The translations under genes were made by a program, and so were the position numbers. This document shows positions 8,301-17,500 of a stretch of DNA of 17,500 nucleotides, piece by piece. Positions within the stretch are counted from its first letter, which is position 1, and each line of letters starts with the position of its first letter. The notes under the pieces are model-generated. The model was not told the DNA's origin, made no database searches, and was given only the letters and a program-made list of their open reading frames with translations. Source of the stretch: Octopus sinensis (Eukaryota); assembly GCF_006345805.1 (NCBI RefSeq), contig NW_021824784.1, positions 1 to 17,500 on the forward strand, given 5' to 3'.

Positions 8301-8652
8301 ATCACTATGAAATAGTGATATGCTACAACAACCAGAAAACAAAGAAGAGGTCGTTACTGGAACGAAGAAACTAAAATGACACAAAGCCCTTCGTCAACAA
8401 ATATGGCCGATCGGACGAATCCCTCCTTTCTTTACATTCACCAGTAATTAAGTCGAAATGGACAGAATTTCCCGATTAACTTTTTCGATCGAAACATGCT
8501 AAAAGATCGAAATACCTTCATAACTCGGGTGTTTCATGAGAAGCAAAAGGCAATCCTCTGATATTCTGTATTTTCACAGTTGTTTCAACTATGCCAGGAA
8601 GATCAGCTGAAGACGCTTGTTTCATTCCGAGGATACATCTGGAGTCAACTAA

Positions 8653-9249
8653 TCTATATATATAAAACTGAAGTTGTCTGTGTGTATGGCAGGTTTGGTA
8701 GTTTTCAACTAACACTATCTCCTCCGAGACCCTGCGGCGCAAGTTGACCAAAATTGAGATTATGATAGAAGACTTGCTCTTCAATCCGTAGAAGATAAAA
8801 TTCAAATCGGACCATGTTAACACCAAAAATTATTTACATCAAAAAGGTGGGGGGGGGTCTATGAAAATCCCTATATTTTACGATTTTTTGACTGCTGTGT
8901 CGCCATTTTTCGGTGTAATTCACTATCTCCTCCGAGACCCTGCGGCACCAGTTGACCAAAATTGAGAGTATGATAGACAAAGGCTTGCTCTTCATTCCGT
9001 AGAAGAAAAAATTCAAATCGGACCAAAAATCATTTACATCAAAAAGGTGCTTTTTTTTTCTATGAAAATCCCCATTTTTTACGATATTTTGACTGCTGTG
9101 TTGCCAGTTTTCGGTGTATTTCAACCAGAAAAATGTTCACTTAAAGAGAATAACAAGCTACATAATGCAAAATTTTTACTTTTCAAAAATTCCGATTCTA
9201 AAGGGTCGAAAAGAAAACAAACCCGAGCAACGCCGGGCGACACTGCTAG
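8653..9249 (+). mobile_element. Non-autonomous Helitron (597 bp), structurally complete
   Basis: 5' A|TCTATATATATAAA (TC at 8653). 3' GC-rich hairpin CCCG(A)GC-AAC-GC-CGGG at 9222-9237, then an 8-nt gap and CTAG|T (9246-9250). Inserted between A and T with no TSD. No transposase. Confidence 0.88.
8713..9120 (+). repeat. Internal tandem duplication (~208 + ~200 bp) within the Helitron
   Basis: cactatctcctccgagaccctgcggc at 8713 and 8921. Both units continue through caaatcggacca, tttacatcaaaaaggtg, ctatgaaaatccc and gactgctgtg..cggtgta. Confidence 0.92.
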
Positions 9250-9378
9250 TTTGCTATTTAAATTCTAAAAGTTTCAAACTTATTTTTCCTTCGACCATCA
9301 ATAAATCACATGACACACCATTGAAAGTTATTGCATTGACCATGTTGGATCGTGCCTTTTAATAAAGACGATTGGCGC

Positions 9379-9690
9379 TTCATGATGTTCGAATCCCGCC
9401 CATCGCCTCACCATGGCACCACAGAGCAAGATTTCTGCTTTATTTACTTCTTGAGGTTCGAAATCCTGATAATCGCTTCACTAAAGCACCAGAGAGTAAG
9501 ATTTCGGTTTTTGTTGGTACTTCATGAGGTTCGAAACTCTAATGATTGCCTCATCATAGCAGCACACAGTCAGATTTTGGTTTTATGTTGGTAGTACATG
9601 AGGATCGAAACCCCGATAATCGCTTCACCAAAGCACCAGAGAGTAAGATTTCCGTTTTATGTTCGTACTTCATGAAGTTCGAAACCTTAT
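9379..9690 (+). repeat. Tandem array of ~69-74-bp units (4 full units plus a partial fifth) with alternating A/B higher-order structure; each unit carries a GTTCGAA(A/T)-type motif
   Basis: Unit starts at 9379, 9448, 9521, 9595 and 9669. Units 2 and 4 share gataatcgcttcac.aaagcaccagagagtaagattt; units 1 and 3 share at.gcctca.cat.gca.cacag..agattt. Confidence 0.88.
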
Positions 9691-9698
9691 CAATACCT

Positions 9699-9928
9699 AT
9701 TTCTTTATTACCCACAAGGGGCTAAACATAGAGGGGACAAACAACCACAGACATAGGTATTAAGTCGATTACATCGACCCCAGTGCATAACTGGTACTTA
9801 ATTTATCGACCCCGAAAGGATGAAAGGCAAAGTCGACCTCGGCGGAATTTGAACTCACAACGTAACGGCAGCCGAAATACCGCTAAGCATTTCGCCCGAC
9901 GTGCTAACGATTCTGCCAGCTCGCCGCC
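9699..9928 (-). mobile_element. Full-length tRNA-type SINE family A with a degenerate 12-bp target-site duplication
   Basis: Reverse complement: ggcggcgagctggcagaatcg (A-box) ... gtgagttcaaattcc (B-box) ... aataaagaaat tail. Flanks are ttatcaatacct (9687-9698) and ttattaattcct (9929-9940), 10/12 identical. Confidence 0.85.
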
Positions 9929-9955
9929 TTATTAATTCCTTCATCATGCAACCAA

Positions 9956-10158
9956 GCGGCGAGCTGGCAGAATCATTAACACACCGGACAGAATGCTTAG
10001 CGGCATTTTACCTGTCTCCTCAAATGTCACCTGAGTCGACTTTGTCTTTCATCTTTTCGGAATCGATAAAATAAGTACCTGTCAAGTACTGGGGTCAATG
10101 TCATCGTCTTACCCCATCGCCCGGTATTGTTGGGCCTTGTGCCGAAATTCGAAATCAA
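9956..10158 (+). mobile_element. Older SINE family A copy, head-to-head with the previous one; part of the B-box region deleted
   Basis: Starts gcggcgagctggcagaatc (19 nt identical to the neighbour in reverse). It lacks about 15 bp before caaat. Confidence 0.8.
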
Positions 10159-10219
10159 TTTATGCTCCAATCTCAAGGTTAAATAATGACAAAATTGTTT
10201 TAATAAAGTCTTCGTTATA

Positions 10220-10571
10220 GGCGTAGGAGTGGCTGTGTGGTAAGTAGCTTGCTAACCAACCACATGGTTCCGGGTTCAGTCCCACTGCGTGGCATCTTGG
10301 GCAAGTGTCTTCTGCTATAGCCCCATGAGTGGATTTGGTATACGGAAACTGAAAGAAGCCTGTATATATTTATGTATGTGTTTGTGTGTCTGTGTTTGCT
10401 TGACAACCGATGCTGGTGTTTTTACGTCCTCGTCACTTAGCGGTTCGGCAAAAGAGACCGATAGAATAAGTACTGGGCTTACAAAGAATAGGTCTCGGGG
10501 TCGATTTGCTCGACTAAAGGCGGTGCTCCAGCATGGCCGCAGTCAAATGACTGACACAAGTAAAAAAAAAA
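10220..10571 (+). mobile_element. tRNA-type SINE family B (my label) with A-rich tail
   Basis: ggcgtaggagtggctgtgtggtaag (A-box), gggttcagtccc (B-box), central TG-rich segment, 3' ggtgctccagcatggccgcagtcaaatgactgacacaagt(A)10. Confidence 0.85.
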
Positions 10572-11315
10572 TTATTTTCAAGATTAAGACAAAGGCAGTG
10601 TTTTTCAACAGGAATATGGTAACAAAAGTGTTAAACATTATATGATTCACCAGTCTCTGTGTTCTGTAACTCACCAGAGACCATTCCTTGGATCTAAATT
10701 AAATCCATCCTTCAAATTTTCACGTTAGTTTATTAACTATCAGCGACAGAAACAATATTATTACCAAAAGATAATCTTTACATCCAACCTAATGCAGATA
10801 TCTTGTTAGAACACCAAACACCTATTTGAGAACATATCTCAAGACTAATAACGCAGTATTCCGTGTTTTAACAATGCCTCCATATTAAGTTCGATGCTAT
10901 GTTCCAAGTAACTGATTAACGATTGAAGGGTTATTTTACTAAATTTTTCATTATTTTCAAAATTAAATGAAACAAAGACAGTGTATTTCAACAGAAATAT
11001 GGTTAAAAACGGGTAAGATATTGTATGATTCTATCAGTCTGTGTTTTATAGTCCATGTGAAATTGCCCACTGGCTCTCAGGATATAAACTTTCTTTTTTA
11101 AAGTGGTCTAAATCAAAACCTTTCTCCAAAATTTCATGGTAATTTATGGTCTAAACATCAGATTAACAATGAAAATCCCACCGTGGGTACTTCAACGAAA
11201 ATACTCAGAAATCCTGTTTCGTAAACCCCTTTTGGTTGCAATATCTTCAATAATTTAAAAATTAATTGTATTTCTGCAGAATTGTATTTCTACAGAAATA
11301 TGGTAACAAAAGAAA
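10572..11315 (+). repeat. Three degenerate direct copies of an old repeat (core cagtgtatttcaacagaaatatggtaacaaaag), spaced about 380 and 300 bp apart
   Basis: Core at about 10590-10634, 10980-11016 and 11285-11312. Similarity between copies 1 and 2 extends into tatgattc..cagtct.tgtt and tctaaat.aaa.c...caaa.tttca. Confidence 0.65.
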
Positions 11316-11454
11316 ATTTGGAACCTGTTCCGAAATCTATACATAATTACTGCGTGGCTGGGCATCGCCTGGTACCAAGACACACACACACATACGTGAG
11401 TGTGTGTGTGGGGTGGTGGTGTTTAAACCTGACTAGTAGGTGAAGTGTAACTGA

Positions 11455-11725
11455 ATGTCTTAGATATTCGTTTTGCAATCACGGTCCCACGATCCAGGTT
11501 CGATCCCACAGCATAGCATCTTAGACAAATGTTATTTTCGCTGGTCTCAGGTCGACCCATGTTGTATAACTGAAACTTGATTGTGGCTGTAATTCAGAAA
11601 GTACAGCCTAGTCACAGACACCTTGAAGTCAGTGGAGTGCTCAGCCACTTACATGTCAATTCAATGCACAGGAAATTCCGTAGACCTAACAACTGAATAG
11701 TCATCATCGAAACCGACAGAGATCC
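11455..11725 (+). mobile_element. Highly degraded SINE pieces (B-box head, family C-like tail)
   Basis: ccaggttcgatcccac at about 11495-11510. gtggagtgctcagccacttacatgtcaattc is the reverse complement of the family C body. Confidence 0.5.
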
Positions 11726-11966
11726 CTCATCAACCAATCTAAAATCAAGTGTTGCTTATATAGTGTCCTTTTGTCCCATAATTAGCGGATCGGTAAAAAA
11801 AAAACAGTGATCGATAAAATACGAATCAGCTGGAAATATGAACAAGAATCAATATGATGGCCTAAGAACAACACACAACAACAATAACGAAACAATTTGA
11901 ACTCGGGACTCCAACATGGCCACAGTTCACCGGCTAAGATTGGTAACAGAATAGAATTATAAAATG

Positions 11967-12047
11967 ACATCGAATGGTTATGGGTGTCCATTGGAATAAG
12001 ATAGTAATCAAAGGGGTCCATAGATGAAAAATGGTTGAGAACCTCTG
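11967..12047 (-). mobile_element. Single end of a probable hAT-type MITE
   Basis: The reverse complement begins cagaggttctcaaccattttt, resembling the CAG(G/A)GGTTCTCAAC termini of hAT/Charlie-type elements. I found no partner TIR. Confidence 0.45.
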
Positions 12048-12069
12048 GTGTAGCTGTAGACTGTATAAA

Positions 12070-12249
12070 AAGTGTATAGATGTTGACTGGATAGATATGA
12101 GACAATGCGGAGATTTGTGTGAATAGGCACACACACAGTGTGTAGATGTTGGCTATCTATTTAGTTAGCTTAGAGACACTGTCAGTGTTCAATGGATTGT
12201 GTGTAGACGTTGACAGGATAGAGAGCGTTGTAGATGTTGATTGGTGATG

Positions 12250-12316
<67 letters not shown>

Positions 12317-12552
12317 TGATAGACGGGGAGCGAGAGAAAGGGAGACAGACAAACAGATAGATAGACAGACAGATACAGACAGACACTCAGACAGACAGTC
12401 AGACAGACAGACAGACAGACAGACAGATAGATATATAGATAGATAGATAGATAGATAGATAGACAGATAGATAGATAGACGGAGAGAGAGAGGCAAACAA
12501 ACAAACAGACAAACAGATAGACAGACAGATACAGACAGACAAACAGACAGAC

Positions 12553-12630
<78 letters not shown>

Positions 12631-12767
12631 GTAGTTAGAGTAAGAGAGAGAGGGGGCAGACAGACAGACAGATAAACAGATAGACAGACAGACAGATAGA
12701 TAGATATATAGACAGATAGAGAAAGAGAGAAAGAAAGAAATAGAGGGTGAGAGAGAGGAAGCTAGCT

Positions 12768-12800
<33 letters not shown>

Positions 12801-12950
12801 AAGGGAGAGAAAGCAACAGATGGATGGACAGACCGACAGAGTAGATGCTAGGTAAATAGACACGGCGTGTAGATATTAACTGGATAGACAGACACAGTGT
12901 GTATATATTGTGTGTATAGACGAAGTGTGTAAAATGTTTGGGGATTTAAT
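12070..12950 (+). repeat. (GATA)n/(GACA)n/(GA)n tract (~12249-12830) flanked on both sides by a degenerate minisatellite tgtagatgttgactggatag
   Basis: The motif occurs at about 12073, 12139, 12200, 12228 and again at 12868. Confidence 0.85.
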
Positions 12951-13221
12951 AGACAGACCGTCTGGGCGGTATGAACTCTGTTGTGAGCTCCAGTCGTTAT
13001 CGTCTGGATAGACTCAATAATATTTTGATGTCGGAAATTATTGACATGGCTGTAGACAATGGTTGTCGTAGTCTCTTTCCAATAAATATACCTCATCGAT
13101 ATTTTTTTTTATCGACTCCTTTCAAAATGTAAATCGATCAACGCCAAACTACATACTCTGAAATGTGAAGACGAAACGAAACGTCAGTCCGTCTTCTCGC
13201 TGTACCAGCTACAGCACCTGG

Positions 13222-13392
13222 TGTGGTGGTGGTGGTGGTGGTGGTATTTCTGGTGATGATGCTTGTTATGATAATTGTGGTGGTTGCAGTGATGATGATA
13301 TTGTTGTCATCGTCGTCTTCTTCTTCTTCTTCTTCTTCTTCTTCTTCTTCTTCTTCTTCTTCTTCTTCTTCTTCTTCTTCTTCTTCTTCTCT

Positions 13393-13478
<86 letters not shown>

Positions 13479-13489
13479 TTCTTCTTCTT
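13222..13489 (+). repeat. (GGT)n/(GAT)n then (TTC)~58 microsatellite
   Basis: The TTC tract spans about 13316-13489 with a few CTC interruptions; it explains the poly-E/K/R/S/F/L ORFs. Confidence 0.95.
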
Positions 13490-13654
13490 TTTCCCAATCA
13501 AGATTCACGCCATTAGCCACCACAAAGAATAATCTCTAATTCGAGCCGAACCATCGTGGGGTACAGAGGATTCGCAATCTAGTTTAAGACTAGGGTCTGA
13601 AAGTTTACCACACCATTAGTGGGTTACACCATGGTTCCTCTGCTTTGTGGCAGA

Positions 13655-13770
13655 AGAAGGAAGAGTGAGAAGAAGTTGTGGTGAAAGAGTACAGCGGGAT
13701 TACCCCCACCCTACCCCGGAGTCGAACCTACAACCTGTTAATCTTTAACCCAATGCATTATTCACTAGGC
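13655..13770 (-). mobile_element. SINE remnant (different family, internally deleted)
   Basis: ggagtcgaacc...ttattcactaggcc reads as B-box and A-box on the minus strand, with a gaagttgtggtgaaagagtacagc body. Confidence 0.4.
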
Positions 13771-14019
13771 CAGGAGCCTTTACTTACTGAAGACGATTTA
13801 CAAATGCGTAATAAATAATCTGTGTTTTGCGCATCTGTGCTAAATCAAAGAAATAATGAATCCGTAATTTTAGAAATTTAAGAGTATTTTAAAAATCATC
13901 CGCATGAAGATGTCATGCAACTAGTTACGAAACAGGTGTCAGGCAACAATTTTCTGGGTTTTTTTTTTGAGGGATGGGGACATAAAAGAATTTTTCTTTA
14001 ATCCAATGAGAAGTTGTTC

Positions 14020-14270
14020 TGGACTTGACTGTGTTCGGGTCCCAGGATTCATAGAGCCGATTACCCAGTTTCCATGGCGTATAAGTGACCGAGATCACAA
14101 CATCCCCTTTGAATGGGTCACAAGTTTGTTGCGTGGCTGCTCATTTAGGGCTTAGTGGATTGGAGCAACGTAAAATGAAGCATTTTGTTCAAGGGTGCAA
14201 CGCATCGCCCATCAAGGAATCTAAACCATGATCTTGTGATTGTGAATGCAACATTCTAACAAGTAGGCCA
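14020..14270 (-). mobile_element. Degraded SINE family C
   Basis: Shares ccatggcgtataagtgaccgagatca, ggagcaacgtaaaatgaagcattttgttcaagg and gcaacgcatc with 6392-6641 and 6857-7157. Confidence 0.7.
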
Positions 14271-14532
14271 GGTAGGTTCGCAAAACTGCTCAAAGAATCC
14301 ATAAATGGACACTGTAAGATTTCAAAGAATTAAGATGGTTTTAATCTGAGAAACCAGAAGCAAGAACACGACAAATGCCCAAAGAAAGAATTTAACAAAT
14401 TTTACATAACGGTAGAATGACGTTTTCAACAGTGAAAGGAATGAGAATTGAGGGTGAAGCGATTCACACAATTTAGTAAACCTTAAGACGAGATAGAAGA
14501 GAAAAAAGTTTCTTTGGCATAGCTGTAATTTA

Positions 14533-14915
14533 CACGTAGACGTGGCTGTGTAGTGAGAAGTTTCCTCCCTGACGACAAGGTTTCCGATTTAGTCTCTTTG
14601 CGTGGCACCTTCGGCAATTATCTTCTTCTATAGCCCCGGGTCGGCCATAGTTTTGTAAGTTGATTTAGTTAACAGAAACTGAAAGAAGCCCCTTGTGTGT
14701 ATGTGTGTGTGAGAGAGAGAGAGAGAGACGCCAATGTTTGATAACCGGTGTTGGTTTGTTTACGTCCCCCCAACTTAACGGTACGGCAAAGATACCGATG
14801 GAATAAGTTGCCGACTTTAAAAAAAGATAAGTGTTGGAGGCGATTTGTTTGACTACAACTCTTCAAGGTGGTACTCCAGCATGGCTGCTATCCAATGACT
14901 TAAACCAGTACAAGA
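14533..14915 (+). mobile_element. Degraded SINE family B
   Basis: Colinear with 10220-10571: gtggctgtgtagtg, gcgtggcacct, ctatagcccc, gaaactgaaagaagcc, ggtggtactccagcatggc. Confidence 0.8.
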
Positions 14916-15239
14916 CGACAACAAGGTCCATTACAGTATATATAGGATAGAGACAAAGAAGATATTTCCTGGTATGTGGATAAGGGTTGAAATTTCCAAA
15001 AGGAAGACAAATGCTGTTTAAAAAAATCTTGCTTTTGAACTTGATCAAGAAAAGAGAGACCAACGGCGGCAACACAAGTTCAAATGTGATAATATTCCAT
15101 ATGAGAACGAATTATAAAGGAAAAGTACTTGGACGTCACTCATAAGCGAGTTTCACAATTTCTGCAGCGAAAGAATTTTCCACGTCCGAATCTCCACGAA
15201 CATGCTAAACATAATTGCACACACCTATATTATTGCACA

Positions 15240-16170
15240 CACCTGTCCTTGATACTGAACTTTGGTTAGAGACTGTAAACAACAGAGTGAAGCTCTTCCA
15301 CTTTTATTACATGAAATCCATAGCTTTTAAATACGTTTTTCACAAGAACTCAGTTTCGTCACACAGTACGAAAGTCAACATACTGGTGGCAGGCTTAGGA
15401 TAATGAATAACGTGTCCCTCCTATGCAAACCCTATGAAACAAAGAAATGTGTAAAGAACTTCATGCACAGCATGCAATTCTCAGGATATGACCAGAAAAA
15501 TGGGATTCGTGTATACAAGGGAGCTGGAAAGAAGCTAGACAACATTATATATATATAATGAAGCCAGTAGTACCCGAGATACAGAGGTAAAGACAGGAAC
15601 AGTATACAAAGAATTTGTTACAAAGCAAACAGAGTGATCACATGGAACAAGGCTGACAAATATTAAGGAGTGATGTTTGTAGAGGCCACACCCCACGGGG
15701 AACCAGCTCATAGGTTTAGGAAAGCTCTGAATGCAAACAAACTTAATATTAAGATCGTTGAAAAGCCAGGGAGCTCCATCAGAACGCATTTATGTAGGAC
15801 GTACCCCTTCGAAAATACCACATGCACTGATGAGAACTGAGTGGTATGTAAGATTAATCCTGGCATTAACTGTAGAACTAGAAATGAAGTCTACAGCATA
15901 AGGTGCATAGAGGGCGCTTGTAAGAACAAAAACATGACATACATCTAGAAGCATTGCGGAGAGAATAAATGGAGATTTGAGGCAAAATGATGACAGAAAA
16001 CTGTCTTCCATACTCTGCCAACATGCCAAAGACCAACATGGAAGGACACTGGGCCGACTTGACATTCACATTTTATCCAATCACCCGAAGGATCCATTAC
16101 TCAAACAAATGCAGGAGTACGTCCTAATAAATGAAACGACCCCCGTACTAAATAGGAAATACCTTCATAC
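15240..16170 (+). pseudogene. Decayed Penelope-like retroelement ORF (Neptune-like): RT C-terminus/thumb, Cys-rich linker, GIY-YIG endonuclease
   Basis: Joined frames read PVLDTELWLE..FHFYYMK..YVFHKNS..KVNILV / RIMNNVS..FMHSMQFSGY / VMFVEATPHGE..IKIVEKPGSSI..L..TYPF..CTDEN*VVC..NCRTRNEVYSIRC..C..TYI / TSRSIAERI..SILCQHAKDQHG..DPLLKQMQEYVLI..PVLNRK. There is an in-frame TGA at 15838-15840 at a Cys position, a frameshifting deletion in YIGET at about 15943 and another shift at about 15397. It may extend upstream toward about 14940 (not resolvable by eye). Confidence 0.85.
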
Positions 16171-16213
16171 CTACATAATATACGCACACATGTACATTTG
16201 CCTGTAGGCTGTT

Positions 16214-16228
16214 AAGTAGGCAAATATA

Positions 16229-16272
<44 letters not shown>

Positions 16273-16285
16273 AGGCAAATATATA
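16214..16285 (+). repeat. (TA)n block flanked by a perfect 17-bp direct repeat
   Basis: aagtaggcaaatatata at 16214-16230 and 16269-16285. Confidence 0.85.
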
Positions 16286-16497
16286 TAAGTTCAGTAAAGG
16301 TTAAATAAAACTCATTAAGGGATAATAATATCCAATGAATTTACTGGTTACTACCTATTATTTATTTTGAATATTAGATCTAATATTAAAAAATAAGTAA
16401 TTAAATAAACCGAGGTTTATATTTATTTAAGAAAAATAAGAAAATAGAGGTAAATCAATTAATAATCATATTCATTAATTACAAAAATAGACATAAT

Positions 16498-16576
16498 CTC
16501 TGACAGCTGTTTCGATTCAAACTTTAAAAATTGACTAAAATAGTTAAATCATTATAAAGTTGAATCTCGAAGAAGG
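16498..16576 (-). ncRNA. Decayed type-I hammerhead-like fold with a long AU-rich stem II
   Basis: Reverse complement: ...ttcGA-gattcaacttta-[internal loop plus hairpin ttaacta/tagtcaa]-taaagtttgaatc-GAAAC-AGCT-GTC-AGAG. The 3' half is canonical; the 5' CUGANGA core is lost except for the final (C)GA. Confidence 0.45.
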
Positions 16577-16998
16577 TAGAAAAAAGATATACCGTTACAT
16601 TTTAATGTTTTTATGTGTTATGTAAATGGATATATAGATAAACATAGACATAGGTAAATAGATAGATTGGTACATAGGTAATACGTACAGACAGACAAGC
16701 ACATACATACATATGTGCATATACAAGCACGCATGCACACGGGCATAACACTTGCGTACAAACAAACAAAAGGAACGCAGTTCCGATAACGGACAGAGTC
16801 GACATCTATTGGCAAGATTGCAAAAGCAACGAAAATTTTGGGAAAAAAAACAGAAAAAAATATGAATAATAAATGAGTGGAAATTGTACCAGTGTGTGTG
16901 TTAGATATTAGGGCAGTATGGCTCTCTGCAGACACAATGAAATTAGCTTCAACACTCGAATTCACATAAAGAATCTTGCAAACCAGATACAAAAACGA

Positions 16999-17002
<4 letters not shown>

Positions 17003-17055
<53 letters not shown>

Positions 17056-17140
17056 TAGATAGATAGATAGATAGAATATAGATAGATAGATAGATAGATA
17101 GAGATAGATCGATATAGATAGATAGATAGATAGATAGATA
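17003..17140 (+). repeat. (TA)n followed by (GATA)n
   Basis: Direct reading. Confidence 0.95.
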
Positions 17141-17500
17141 CAAAATGGAACAAGAACGCAAAACATCCAGACAACTAGGTGATACAAAGGGGACACAAAA
17201 AATCCAGATAGAACGATACGAAAAAAAAAAAAACCACGGGCGGGTCATTCGAAGCCTTTTATCTTCAGTCAAGAACCGGATCATCCTCGCAATTTCAGCT
17301 GATTAATCTTGAGATTGCTTCAATCTGGCCAGCCCCAAGGAAAAACTAAGCTAAGAGCATTAGATTCCTTGGAAAAAGCATCGAATGTATACGAAACAAA
17401 GACGCAAAAACAGATGATGTTACACGAATATAAATACAAAATACAATAAAAAACAATAATAATATATAGTTGAAATTTATAGAAAAACAAAAGATAAAGA

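Noticed and set aside
9379-9690. tRNA gene cluster
   Set aside because: The TTCGAA-to-CCA distance is 3-4 nt too long, there are no acceptor, D or anticodon stems and no A-box. Kept only as a B-box-containing repeat.
12848-13096. HNRVHTAQ in a minus-strand ORF as a C2H2 zinc-finger linker
   Set aside because: There is no upstream C-x2-C at the right spacing and no repetition; a chance match.
13156-13188. gtgaagacgaaacgaaacgtcag as a hammerhead
   Set aside because: It has GAAACGUC but no stem II and a non-consensus 5' core.
13138-13539. Poly-E/K/R/S/F ORFs in five frames
   Set aside because: Translations of the (TTC)n tract.
17240-17272. Minus-strand CTGAAGA...CGAAT as a third hammerhead
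   Set aside because: No paired stem II, GAAU instead of GAAA, and no stem I/III partner. It may be part of a dispersed repeat, but I cannot classify it.

Overview
Eukaryotic, AT-rich, microsatellite-dense genomic DNA. The SINE-like families and repeat style suggest an octopus/coleoid cephalopod; this is my inference and was not checked against a database. The only clear protein-coding feature is the terminal exon (2210-3162, +) of a TGF-beta superfamily ligand of the 9-cysteine activin/myostatin branch. It has an RVKR furin site, a 114-aa mature domain and a 32-residue poly-Asn insert in the prodomain; the 5' exon(s) lie upstream of the window. The rest is intron, 3' UTR and intergenic DNA. 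It holds many tRNA-type SINE copies, a structurally complete 597-bp non-autonomous Helitron, a decayed Neptune-like Penelope element (RT end plus GIY-YIG), two Penelope-type hammerhead-ribozyme-like motifs, a ~480-bp element embedded in (AAT)n, a ~74-bp B-box-containing tandem array, and long simple repeats. The best candidate for a new system is a repeat-built regulatory module downstream of the ligand stop codon: a minisatellite with eight Pumilio-type motifs, followed by a sense-strand hammerhead-like motif lying between two candidate poly(A) signals. The functional readings are hypotheses. Nearly all other ORFs in the track are microsatellite or antisense artefacts.
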